33,069 nt of DNA from UHGV virus genome UHGV-1427736. One strand, written 5' to 3'. The translations under genes were made by a program, and so were the position numbers. The stretch comes from a virus. Shown one piece after another: positions 1-9,040 of this stretch (position 1 is the first letter of the stretch; the number at the start of each line of letters is the position of its first letter). The notes beneath the pieces are model-generated. The model was not told where the DNA came from and searched no databases. It saw nothing but the letters and a program-made list of their open reading frames with translations.

Positions 1-55
1 GTTACACATAGCGAAATCTGTAAAAATCCTCCCACCGCGACATAGAGGAGGAGAA

Positions 56-640
56 TTGATGGCCGTCATTGGTTATATCCGTGTATCAACAATCGACCAG
101 AACAGCGATTTACAGCGTAATGCACTCACAAGCGCAAACTGTGACCGCATTTTTGAAGACCGTATGAGCGGAAAAGTTGCCAGCCGCCCCGGTCTGAAAC
201 GCGCTTTAAAGTGCGTTAATAGCGGAGACACCCTGGTTGTGTGGAAACTGGACAGGCTGGGGCGCAGCGTTAAGAACCTGATCGCACTGATATCAGAGTT
301 GCATGAGCGCGGTGCCCACTTCCGCTCTTTAACAGACAGTATTGATACCAGCACTGCCATGGGGCGTTTCTTTTTCCATGTGATGTCGGCACTGGCGGAG
401 ATGGAACGTGAGCTAATCGTCGAACGTACACTTGCCGGACTGGCAGCAGCCAGAGCACAGGGACGCATAGGCGGAAGGCCCAACGCATTAAAGCCGCATG
501 AGCGGGAACAGATTGGGCGGCTATTAACTAAGGGGCATACCCGCCAGCAGCTGGCTATTGTCTACGGGGTGGGGTTATCGACGCTCTACCGGTATTTTCC
601 GGTAGATGGTCAGAGGAAGGATGACACGGTAGGATTGTAA
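56..640 (+). CDS. Serine recombinase / DNA invertase (Hin/Gin/Pin/Cin family)
   Basis: 194 aa. N-terminus IGYIRVSTIDQ with catalytic Ser context, and a C-terminal HTH (GVGLSTLYRYFP) closely matching Hin-family invertases as I recall them. GAGGAGGAG RBS ahead of the ATG. Confidence 0.85.
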   Translation: MMAVIGYIRVSTIDQNSDLQRNALTSANCDRIFEDRMSGKVASRPGLKRALKCVNSGDTLVVWKLDRLGRSVKNLIALISELHERGAHFRSLTDSIDTSTAMGRFFFHVMSALAEMERELIVERTLAGLAAARAQGRIGGRPNALKPHEREQIGRLLTKGHTRQQLAIVYGVGLSTLYRYFPVDGQRKDDTVGL

Positions 641-651
641 TTCTTTTGCAA

Positions 652-1017
652 CTACTGAAACGCCGCAGCGGTGCCATTTATCTCACGGAAATGGGCGCAT
701 TTATCGCGCGGCGCATCAACATCCGGCGCGCCCCGGTGTTCAACCTCATCAACGGTGAATTTCCCTTTGCATACCAGGGCAAAACCTTTCCAGCCGATAT
801 ACACCGTCAGGACAGCGCCACGAACCGGTAGCCCGACCTGCCCGTCGGCATCGTTCAGTTCAATATCAAGCTGGTCAGCCTCAAAGCCCCGGTTATCCGT
901 CAGGGTCATGCTCATCAGACGGTCGCTGATATTGCCGGTAATATCCCTGCTGTCGAGCATCAGCATGTAATCCGGCGTCAGCGTACTGCCTGCATCAAAT
1001 GTCAGTGCATCCAGCAT
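652..1017 (-). pseudogene. D: P2 gpD (tail/late-control protein D) N-terminal fragment, truncated
   Basis: Starts immediately after gpU, as in P2 gene order, and has the gpD-like N-terminus (MLDALTFDAGSTL...). It is only 121 aa against roughly 390 aa for full gpD; the last ~16 residues look unrelated, and the ORF ends 11 bp from the converging invertase stop. Confidence 0.6.
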
Positions 1018-1496
1018 TATCCCGCCCCCGTCATCCCCGTGAATCTGGTCGCCATACTGCCAGCTTTACCGATGAGCGATTCCGCCTGTTTACCGATATC
1101 GCCATAAAGCGCGGCCAGTGATTCATCAACGCGGGTGAGCGACAGCGTAAAATCAATTTTCCGGGGTGTGCCGTCTGCAAAGAAAATACTCCCTGTTTCA
1201 CTTACCCTGCTGATGACATACATGCCGTAAATCATGCCGGTGCCATCCAGCAACGGCCACGCCCGGCCTTCCTCTGCCATCATCCTGAGCGTGGTCATCG
1301 TCAGCTTTCCGCCGGTCAGTTCGGGATAAAGCACACCGGCCAGCGTGATGTTTTCCTCACCCACACCGAGAAACTGAAAAGCGTCCCGTTTACCGATACG
1401 GGAATTTGACGGCCAGCGATAATCTGATTCACGCTGCATGGTCTGGTGTGGCAGCGTCTGGCGCATAAAAACAAACATACCTAACGCGAGCATCAT
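1017..1496 (-). CDS. U: Tail protein gpU
   Basis: 159 aa, matching P2 gpU in length and in position between T and D. Confidence 0.8.
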   Translation of the reverse strand: MMLALGMFVFMRQTLPHQTMQRESDYRWPSNSRIGKRDAFQFLGVGEENITLAGVLYPELTGGKLTMTTLRMMAEEGRAWPLLDGTGMIYGMYVISRVSETGSIFFADGTPRKIDFTLSLTRVDESLAALYGDIGKQAESLIGKAGSMATRFTGMTGAG

Positions 1497-1510
1497 TTTT
1501 CGTCACCTCC

Positions 1511-3958
1511 TTAACCGTCATGCATCATGCTGGCACGGGCGCGCGCACGTTTATCCCGCTCGTATTTTTCGAGCGCATCCTGTAACTGGCGGTCAAGCTG
1601 TGTCCCCGGCGCAGTACCACCCGTCAGGCTGATGTGATATTCGTTTTTACTCTGGTCCACATAAGAGCGGCCAGCCGGTGCCGTAACCGGCTGATAAGCC
1701 TGATAACCTGCATAAGAGCTGGTCGCCGGAATATAACCACCGGTGCCATACGTGGCGGCATGAGTCCTTGCGGCGGTCTGGTCAAGTGTGTCTGACTCTT
1801 TGTTGATAACCCCGAGTTTTTCCAGTACCCAGTCAATACCGCTGCGCAGTTTGTTGAACGCATTAAGCGGCAGCATCAGCGCGTCAGCCAGTGCCTGCCC
1901 GAACATGACACCCGTGTCACGGCAACTGTTCAGGGTGTCCTGAGTGGCTTTGACCGGGGCAATCAGGTTTTTAAACCACTGCCACGCAGCCTGTAACTTT
2001 TCGCCCAGCCAGTCAAACACCGGTTTCAGTGGCGTGAACAGCTCCCCCACCGGCGCAAATGCCGCTTTCAGCCCTTCCACCACACCGCCAAAGAATGCGC
2101 TGACAGGCTCCCAGTATTTACGGATAAGTAACGCCCCGGCGACAATGGCGGCCACCACGGCCACAACCGGCCAGCTAATCGCCCCGATGGCGGTCATAAC
2201 AGCACTGCCAACCGTCGTGAAAATTGCCCCCATTGCGCCTGCTGCCGCGATGATGGCATTAATGCCGGTGATAACCGGCCAGGCTACAAGACCAATGGCA
2301 CCGATGATGCCAGTCAGCGCCAGTGCGCCACCGACAATGAGGCCGATGGTTGACGCCAGTGATTTGTTTTTCTGTATCCAGCCGTCGAGTTTTAACACAT
2401 ACTTTGTGGCCGTCTGCGTAAGCTTACGCAGTGCGCCTTCCTGCTGGTCAAACAGGTCTGTCCCCACCGCCTCATAAGCGGACTGAAACTCCTTAAAGTC
2501 ACCGCCGAGGTTGTCCTGCATGATATTTACCAGCTCGGCGGTCTTCCCGTCTGAGGCTTTAAACGCAGCGGTCAGTTTGTCCAGCTTTCCGGTTGAGGCG
2601 GCAGTCATCAGCACGGCGGCGGCTGAGCTGGCCTCCTCCCCGAAAATGGTTTTCATGTATTCAGCCTGCTGGGCAGTACCGAGCCGGTTTTTCTCAAAAC
2701 TGGCCTGCATTTCTTTCAGAATGGTAAATACTGGCCGGGTGTTTCCCTTGCTGTCTGAGGTTTTCACACCAAGCTCTTTCAGTGCATCCCATGCTTTTCC
2801 CGTCGGTGCCTGCAGGCGGCTTAACACGGCACGGCTTCCCGTCCCCGCCATTGAACCGGTAATTTTTGCATCATGCAGCGCCCCGACCATTGCGGCGGTT
2901 TCTTCAATGCTGACACCGGCATTTTTTGCCACAGGTGCGGCATAGGTCAGCGCATCGCTCATGCCGTCAAAATCGGCGGCGGTTTTGTTCATCGTCATGG
3001 AGAGAACATCCCCGATATGAGCGACCTTATCGTTTGAAAGCTGAAAGGCGGATTTCATCCCCATCAACAGGGCGGCGTTTTCTTCCATCGTGCGGCGGTT
3101 CGCCAGCGCCATGTTCAGCGTGACCGGCGTTGCCGCCTGAATGGCATCAACATCCCCACCGGCTTTCGCAATAATAATCTGCGCACCGGCTGCATCATCT
3201 GCCGAGGCGGCGGTATTGTCGCCGAGCTGGCGCGCCTGCTTGCGGAGTGCGGCCATTTCGGCGGAGTCTTTTGCCACACCTAGCACGGCCTGCAATTCTG
3301 AGTTTTTCTGCGCAAACTCATAACCGGGCATCAGTAGCTTAACACCGGCCATCGTTCCCGCCGCCGCAATCCCCACACCGGCAGCGCCCACTGAGGCCAT
3401 ATTTCCGGCCAGTTCCTTTCCGGCCTGATAACGCTGTTTTACTGCGTTAAGTTTTGCCTGTTGCGCACTGACACGCGCCAGCGCATCACGCTGACGGTTA
3501 AGCTGTGCGGTGGTTTCACTGATACGGTTTTTCAGTCCCTGCTCATCATGTGCAAGATTGCGGGTATTAATTCCCACAGCGGCCAGTTCCCGCTGCTGGC
3601 GTTTAACGGAATCTGTCAGGCGGTTATATTTCGCCTGTAAGTCCTCCGCCGCACGCTTTGCGGATTCCAGCACTTTCGCCTGAGCACGGGTCGGACGTTC
3701 GGTGTTTTTAAACTGTGTGGCAAGGGCTTCGGCTTCCTGCCGTGCCTTTTCAAGTGCATGACCAGTCACGGCGAGCTGTGCACTGGTCTTGCGGAATCCC
3801 TCAATACGGGATGCGTGACCGTTCAGCTCGCGCAGTGATTTTTGTGTTTCCCGGATATCCCCCGACAGCGACCTGCTCGCTGTACGGATGGATTTAAACG
3901 GGCGGGATGCCTGGTCAACAGCCCTGAGCAATACCTGTAATTTTACATTGTTACTCAT
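1511..3958 (-). CDS. T: Tail tape measure protein gpT
   Basis: Long Ala/Gly-rich protein with coiled-coil N-terminus and hydrophobic glycine-zipper segments, in the P2 T position. The ORF-track start at 3970 is a GTG; the first ATG (MSNNVKLQ) is at 3958 and has a GGAAG RBS. Confidence 0.85.
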   Translation of the reverse strand: MSNNVKLQVLLRAVDQASRPFKSIRTASRSLSGDIRETQKSLRELNGHASRIEGFRKTSAQLAVTGHALEKARQEAEALATQFKNTERPTRAQAKVLESAKRAAEDLQAKYNRLTDSVKRQQRELAAVGINTRNLAHDEQGLKNRISETTAQLNRQRDALARVSAQQAKLNAVKQRYQAGKELAGNMASVGAAGVGIAAAGTMAGVKLLMPGYEFAQKNSELQAVLGVAKDSAEMAALRKQARQLGDNTAASADDAAGAQIIIAKAGGDVDAIQAATPVTLNMALANRRTMEENAALLMGMKSAFQLSNDKVAHIGDVLSMTMNKTAADFDGMSDALTYAAPVAKNAGVSIEETAAMVGALHDAKITGSMAGTGSRAVLSRLQAPTGKAWDALKELGVKTSDSKGNTRPVFTILKEMQASFEKNRLGTAQQAEYMKTIFGEEASSAAAVLMTAASTGKLDKLTAAFKASDGKTAELVNIMQDNLGGDFKEFQSAYEAVGTDLFDQQEGALRKLTQTATKYVLKLDGWIQKNKSLASTIGLIVGGALALTGIIGAIGLVAWPVITGINAIIAAAGAMGAIFTTVGSAVMTAIGAISWPVVAVVAAIVAGALLIRKYWEPVSAFFGGVVEGLKAAFAPVGELFTPLKPVFDWLGEKLQAAWQWFKNLIAPVKATQDTLNSCRDTGVMFGQALADALMLPLNAFNKLRSGIDWVLEKLGVINKESDTLDQTAARTHAATYGTGGYIPATSSYAGYQAYQPVTAPAGRSYVDQSKNEYHISLTGGTAPGTQLDRQLQDALEKYERDKRARARASMMHDG

Positions 3959-4378
3959 TCGTGCTTCCACTTCGCCGGAGCGCCTTTTCGCGCCATGTGA
4001 TGAGTTCGGTCAGGCTCATGGGATACAGTTCTGATGGCGGCCAGTGAAATATCACTGCCACATCCGCCATCAGGTCATCGACCGACAGATTTTTCGGGAA
4101 CGTCACTGCACCGAGTTCGGCGACAAAAAACCGACCACCTTACCGGCCAGCGCCACAAGGTCAGGCAGTTCCAGTGCGGCGACTTCCTGCTCGGTCAGCA
4201 TCGGTGCAGTCATGCGCGGCAGCACCTTAATCAGTGCATCGACTTCGGAGTTCGCGACCGCAGCCAGACTGACACCGCGCAGCGTCCCGGCACTGGGTTT
4301 CATCAGCGTGACCTGTTCGATAACCTGCTCACCACGTTTGACCGGATTGTCCAGGGTAATCACATTTTCTTTGTTCAT
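3951..4378 (-). CDS. E': Tail assembly chaperone gpE+E' (programmed -1 frameshift product)
   Basis: Manual translation: after a -1 slip at the TTTTTTG heptamer (minus strand, 4124-4130) the frame continues VAELGAVTFPKNLSVDDLMADVAVIFHWPPSELYPMSLTELITWREKALRRSGSTNE and stops at 3951-3953, overlapping the T start. This matches the conserved E/E' arrangement upstream of the tape measure. Confidence 0.5.
4103..4378 (-). CDS. E: Tail assembly chaperone gpE
   Basis: 91 aa ORF in the P2 E position between FII and T, ending ...KVVGFLSPNSVQ just after the slippery site. Confidence 0.8.
   Translation of the reverse strand: MNKENVITLDNPVKRGEQVIEQVTLMKPSAGTLRGVSLAAVANSEVDALIKVLPRMTAPMLTEQEVAALELPDLVALAGKVVGFLSPNSVQ
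4124..4130 (-). other. Slippery heptamer TTTTTTG for the E/E' -1 ribosomal frameshift
   Basis: Plus strand reads caaaaaa at 4124-4130, i.e. TTTTTTG on the coding strand, 6 codons before the gpE stop. Confidence 0.55.
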
Positions 4379-4434
4379 GGTTTTCTCACTTCTGAATCAG
4401 GGTTAACCGGTCAGCCAGGCTGACCGGATGAAAA

Positions 4435-4953
4435 TCACAGGCCGATATTGCGGCGGTGTTGCTCCAGCCGGTCGACGCCGTTCACCTTCTCAATCATGTT
4501 GATGGTGTCGATTTCGACCAGCTCCTTACCGTCCATCGTCAGCCGGAAATAGGTACAGACCACGGAGATTTTCGACTCGGTGTCTTCTCCCTGTTTACCC
4601 TCGCCGGTATCGATTTCTTTCTGACGTCCACGCATGACCACTTCGACGGCAACCGTTTCGCCGGTATCGTCGCGCTGGTAAGAGCCAGCAAAACGAATCG
4701 GCACGGCATCCACGCCGGTTGCTGCGTAAAGCTCCCAGATAACCGAATCCGGGAAGCCACCGAGCGACCACTCCATTGACAGCGCATCGTCATCAAGGCC
4801 GAGGTCTACCGGTGCGCTGCCGTTCATCCCCGCACCGCGATAGTTTTCGAGCTTACGGGTCAGTTTTGGTAGCGTGACGGACTTCGCAACGCCCTGATAG
4901 CTGTAGCCGTTCAGAAAGACGTTCATTAACTTGAGTTTGCGCGGCATTGCCAT
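4435..4953 (-). CDS. FII: Tail tube protein gpFII
   Basis: 172 aa ORF in the P2 FII position immediately downstream of FI. Confidence 0.85.
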   Translation of the reverse strand: MAMPRKLKLMNVFLNGYSYQGVAKSVTLPKLTRKLENYRGAGMNGSAPVDLGLDDDALSMEWSLGGFPDSVIWELYAATGVDAVPIRFAGSYQRDDTGETVAVEVVMRGRQKEIDTGEGKQGEDTESKISVVCTYFRLTMDGKELVEIDTINMIEKVNGVDRLEQHRRNIGL

Positions 4954-4965
4954 CGGTCAGGCTCC

Positions 4966-6156
4966 TTAATTGCTGTTAACCGAGGTGACCAGATTTGCCA
5001 GGTATTTATCGGTAATACGCTGGCGCAGGGTCAGGTTTTCGAGAGGAGGCACCGGGGTATAGTCGTAGTCGATATACAGTTTTCCGGCCTTGAGGGTTTC
5101 CGCATCGTTGGATTCTTCGCTGAACCAGCAGGTCGCATCCACGATATAGCCGTTTGTTTTCAGCTCACGGAATTTGGCATTGATGCCGTCAACGATGTCG
5201 CGAATCAGCGTTGCGGTGATGGGCTTGTCCACCGCCCACATGTGCGCCTCAGCCATCGTGTCGGCCAGCACCTGCGCGGTGCGGGTGTAGTTTTCAAAGA
5301 GGAACAGCGGGTCATCAGAGCAGGTACGGTTACCCCAGAAGCGGAAACCGTCGCGGCGAATCAGCGTTGTGACGCCAGACTCGTTCAACAGGTCAGCATC
5401 GGTGCCGGACTCCTGCAAATCCCAGAATACAGATGCGCTGATGCCGGTAACACCGTTTACCCCGACGTTGGACAGCGTTTTATGCCAGCCCTGCTCCTGG
5501 TCGATTTTAGCGCGCAGACCCAGCGCACGGGCGGTGGCATACGCGGTGGCGGTGGTACTGGTGACCGTATCCCATGCGAGGAAATCCGGCCAGATGACCA
5601 TCAGCTCACGCTGGCTGAAATTCTGGCGGTAGGCTTTCACCTCGGAAATGGTCTTACAGCCCCATGCGCTGATATATCCGAAAGCGCGCAGCTTCTGACA
5701 GACGGATGCTAGTGCAACAGCCACCTCTTTGGTATCCAGTCCCGGCACACCGAGAATACGCGGTTTAACACCGGTTACCGACTCCGCCGCCAGCAGGGCT
5801 TTCAGTCCGGTGTACTGACCGTTTTCGTCGGTGGTGCCGATGATATTGGAAACGGTCTGCGCAAGTTTCGTTTCCTCGTCGTCGCCGGTGCCGTCTTCCA
5901 CACGCACGACAACGGTGACCGGTTTTGACTGGTCGGCGATGGCCTGCAACGATGCCGCCAGCGTGCCTTTTTTACCGGCCTTTGCAATTGCGCTCTGCAC
6001 ATTGGTAATCAACACCGGTTTATTGAGGGGGAAGGTTTCCGCATCCGCATCGCTGGCCGTGCAGACCATGCCGACAATGGCAGTGGATACGGTGGAAATG
6101 ACGCGGGTGCCGTCGTTAATCTCCAGCACCTGCACGCCATGATGATAGTCACTCAT
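4966..6156 (-). CDS. FI: Contractile tail sheath protein gpFI
   Basis: Sheath-protein-sized ORF in the P2 FI position. The ORF-track start at 6309 gives a 51-aa N-terminal extension; I place the start at the ATG at 6156 (MSDYHHGVQVLE...), which has a GGAG RBS. Confidence 0.85.
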   Translation of the reverse strand: MSDYHHGVQVLEINDGTRVISTVSTAIVGMVCTASDADAETFPLNKPVLITNVQSAIAKAGKKGTLAASLQAIADQSKPVTVVVRVEDGTGDDEETKLAQTVSNIIGTTDENGQYTGLKALLAAESVTGVKPRILGVPGLDTKEVAVALASVCQKLRAFGYISAWGCKTISEVKAYRQNFSQRELMVIWPDFLAWDTVTSTTATAYATARALGLRAKIDQEQGWHKTLSNVGVNGVTGISASVFWDLQESGTDADLLNESGVTTLIRRDGFRFWGNRTCSDDPLFLFENYTRTAQVLADTMAEAHMWAVDKPITATLIRDIVDGINAKFRELKTNGYIVDATCWFSEESNDAETLKAGKLYIDYDYTPVPPLENLTLRQRITDKYLANLVTSVNSN

Positions 6157-6655
6157 CCGTTTAACTCCGTGGTTAATGGGTGCAACTATTTTCTGTTGTG
6201 CAGAGCATGAGACGCTATTTGACCTGGCTGGCCAGTGGATGAAACAACAGATAAAGAAAAGGCGGGCAATCAGCCCGCCAGCCTTGATTTGCACTCTCTC
6301 AATTTCCAACTGACAAAATACGTAGCCAAAACGCTATCAAATCTGACAGCCTGCTTTGAGCGAGAAACAGACATGGATGGCATACAGTGAAAGTAGCCGC
6401 ACAATGAGCATCACTGCAATTCTGAATTCAAGCTCTAATACTATTGAGACCGTATCATACAGTCACTCGCAAAAATTACTTTACCTGAGTGAAAAAATTG
6501 ATTCCAAGCAAAATGAAAACTTGTAATTCATTATTACATGCATAATAATGAATAAAAACTTGAGCTATATAAACCAAAGTTGTTCCGAATAGTCCGTTGA
6601 GACATCACTCGAATTATAGGAATACAAGGTTTTATTTTTATAAGGAATCGCTCCC

Positions 6656-8920
6656 ATGGGTTTGCAAAGCATAAGAATAAAAAACTTACTATCATTTAAT
6701 GATGTAATAATAAATTCCCTAGAGGATGTAAATTGCATTGTAGGGATGAATAATGTTGGCAAATCCAATCTTATGAAAATATTGAAATATTTTTACGACA
6801 AACTTGACGACATAAAAGTAATACCTCCTGATTTTCATTCTAGTTATACTCCTTCAGGGTCAATAACATTGACTTATGATGTAACAAGAATAAAGAGAAT
6901 TGTAATGAACCCTAATAACAATGGTCGCTTTCACAAGCATATTTATAACACTTTATTTAAGCCACAATCATTCATCCGAAAGCCGCAGAAATTCTGTCTT
7001 CCTTTCATATCTCCTTTGGGTTTCCAAAGAAAAAGCACTTATAGCATTACACTCACAATTTCTAAAGATGACTCCGTAACTTGGTCAATTAGCACACCAA
7101 ATGCCCGGCATCTAATTAAAACTCTATTTCCTTTTTTCCATATTGAAACCAGACACATTGACTTATACGACTGGAATAGCATATGGAAAATGCTCAGCAG
7201 TATAAATTCCTTTAATTTCTCTGAAATAAAAAAAGAAGAACTCCTTGAGTTTTTGAATGAGAAAATATCAACTAAGCGGGGTAGTTACAAGAAGTATATA
7301 GAAAGAGTTGAAAATGTAATCCATACTAAACCTTACACCTATAAAGATAAAGTCGTTAATTATCTAAAAATAGTTTTAGATGGCGATATTTTCATAAATA
7401 AAGGTGAAGAACTACATGTTCAGTCGGATGGCACGAACTCTCACAAATATCTTGAAATTATACTTAGCCTATTAATTTCATTAACAAGAACAGAATTTAT
7501 CAATCCAATTATATATATTGATGAACCTGAAATTGGGCTACATCCAAAACTTAGCGAGAACTTTATTGAGAACATAAGCCTGACATATAAAAAGTATGAT
7601 AAAACCCATGAGGAAATTGAGCCTGGAAAATATTCAACACCATATCCAACTCTTATATTTAGCACTCATTCTCCGAGTTTACTAAAACTCACGCTAAAAT
7701 CTTTCTTACATAAACAGCAGGTTTTGCATTTTTCAAAAGAACGTGACAACTCGACCAAAATTTCAAAATTAAACTCTAAATATAATGACATTAGATTTAT
7801 AAATATGCTTAGCGATAATGAGGCCCGTCTATTCTTTAGTGAATACATTCTATTTGTAGAGGGCGCCACAGAAGTTGAATTGTTTAGAAATTATAATCTG
7901 CAAAAGCTGTTTCCAGTACTTAAAAGGTTAGATGTGTATGATTGCGATGAAGTAATGTTGAAAAATATAAACCCCAGCTACTCAAATGCAGCCATCCCAT
8001 TTCTAGTAGTAAAGGATATTGATCAGATTGCCGTTGTTGACTTCGAACATGAACAATTTAAATTTAATTCGAAAGGGAAATCAATTATTAATAAAATCAT
8101 TAAGAGAGATAAACTACACTATTTTTCGACATACCAAAAACCTTTTCTTAACGCAGCAAAATTTCTTTTAAGCCAAGATGAAAGGAAAGTAACATTCAGT
8201 GAAAATGGCCTAAAATTCAGACACTTCAGTATAGGCAGAGTTATAAGCGCAGTTAATTTTTTATCCTCTAAAGATAATGTTTATTATACTTCTACAACGA
8301 TAGAAGGCTCATTGATCAATGAATTCTCTTTAGAGACATTCTCTTTATGGATCATTGACATAGTAATGAGAAGCTTTAATGTAAATAATAAAAACCCTGT
8401 AAAAATGATTAATGCTCTGCTGCAAAAATACGATATTAAAACCCAATCAAAACAACTTTTTCCCAAAATACTTTCAAAATGTGAAACAAATCATAACCTA
8501 CCATTGCGACACATGAGATTATTGAAAATCATTAAAATTAGATATGCTAAAGAAATAATTGATGAGTTTAAAAAAACCATCCCCGACGTAAAAGACCAAG
8601 TTGCTATCTTGCGCCTTATTTTTAGTGGCAAAACAGAAACTCTTGTAAGTATAGAAATGCATTATAAAATTGATCAAAAACCGATACGGCAAGATATATT
8701 GGATTATATCAAAGCATTAAAGTCAGAAAATTTCTCTTTTATGAGTTCTTACATAGGAAAGACTTCTGGATGGGTTACAAGCTTCATTGATTTTAGCCTT
8801 AATCATTATTCAGCCCTAGATAAAGAAAATGTCGAAAAAAAATTCCGCTTGGCTTTTCCTGAAATTTCGCATATCATCGATCATGCTTCTTCTTCGATAG
8901 AAGCTGGAGGGCTCAAATGA
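6656..8920 (+). CDS. OLD-family nuclease: ABC-type ATPase fused to a C-terminal Toprim-like domain
   Basis: 754 aa. Walker A GMNNVGKSN (aa ~30), Walker B/D-loop IIYIDEPEIGLHP, H-loop LIFSTHSPS; then FVEGATEVELF (aa ~400) and VVKDIDQ (aa ~455), consistent with Toprim Glu and DxD motifs. Gene is markedly AT-rich compared with the flanking phage genes. Confidence 0.7.
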   Translation: MGLQSIRIKNLLSFNDVIINSLEDVNCIVGMNNVGKSNLMKILKYFYDKLDDIKVIPPDFHSSYTPSGSITLTYDVTRIKRIVMNPNNNGRFHKHIYNTLFKPQSFIRKPQKFCLPFISPLGFQRKSTYSITLTISKDDSVTWSISTPNARHLIKTLFPFFHIETRHIDLYDWNSIWKMLSSINSFNFSEIKKEELLEFLNEKISTKRGSYKKYIERVENVIHTKPYTYKDKVVNYLKIVLDGDIFINKGEELHVQSDGTNSHKYLEIILSLLISLTRTEFINPIIYIDEPEIGLHPKLSENFIENISLTYKKYDKTHEEIEPGKYSTPYPTLIFSTHSPSLLKLTLKSFLHKQQVLHFSKERDNSTKISKLNSKYNDIRFINMLSDNEARLFFSEYILFVEGATEVELFRNYNLQKLFPVLKRLDVYDCDEVMLKNINPSYSNAAIPFLVVKDIDQIAVVDFEHEQFKFNSKGKSIINKIIKRDKLHYFSTYQKPFLNAAKFLLSQDERKVTFSENGLKFRHFSIGRVISAVNFLSSKDNVYYTSTTIEGSLINEFSLETFSLWIIDIVMRSFNVNNKNPVKMINALLQKYDIKTQSKQLFPKILSKCETNHNLPLRHMRLLKIIKIRYAKEIIDEFKKTIPDVKDQVAILRLIFSGKTETLVSIEMHYKIDQKPIRQDILDYIKALKSENFSFMSSYIGKTSGWVTSFIDFSLNHYSALDKENVEKKFRLAFPEISHIIDHASSSIEAGGLK

Positions 8921-9034
8921 GCTGACGCATGCCGTCACTTGCTCCAGCAAACACTAGCTCGGATTGTCTTGCGTCCGCTAAGCCGCTTTAAGCCTCACGG
9001 GGTGTAAAGATGTTATTGGTATCGAAGAGGAAGC
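8885..9034 (+). ncRNA. Candidate retron msr-msd (non-coding RNA) flanked by a1/a2 inverted repeats
   Basis: GCTTCTTCTTCGAT (8885-8898) and ATCGAAGAGGAAGC (9021-9034) form a 14-bp inverted repeat with one G-U wobble, enclosing ~122 nt that is GC-richer than the flanks. Inside: stem GCTGGAG (8903-8909) / CTCCAGC (8942-8948) around two small hairpins (GCTCA..TGAGC and TGACG..CGTCA). The repeat lies directly upstream of the RT and a2 overlaps its RBS. Confidence 0.3.
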
Positions 9035-9040
9035 TTTTAC

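Noticed and set aside
641-700. hix/gix-like site between the invertase and truncated D (ttcttttgcaac...)
   Set aside because: Only about 7 of 12 positions match a Hin-family half-site consensus from memory, and no inverted partner is nearby.
1944-3323. Several plus-strand ORFs (177, 144, 65 and 60 aa) inside the tape measure gene
   Set aside because: Antisense to gpT; their Ala/Ser/Pro-rich translations mirror the Ala/Gly-rich coding strand.
4034-4423. Two overlapping plus-strand ORFs (129 and 120 aa) opposite gpE
   Set aside because: Antisense to the E/E' region, whose minus-strand reading is supported by the conserved slippery site and gene order.
5242-6142. Plus-strand ORFs (156, 87, 103 aa) within the FI sheath gene
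   Set aside because: Antisense overlaps of a well-supported structural gene, with no independent support.
6310-6655. Upstream region of the OLD gene as the location of the retron ncRNA
   Set aside because: I scanned it for inverted repeats of 10 bp or more that could serve as a1/a2 and found only an imperfect AT-rich palindrome (ATTATTACATGCATAATAAT near 6530-6550), which looks more like a promoter or operator. It is not fully excluded; the inter-genic candidate at 8885-9034 is better supported.
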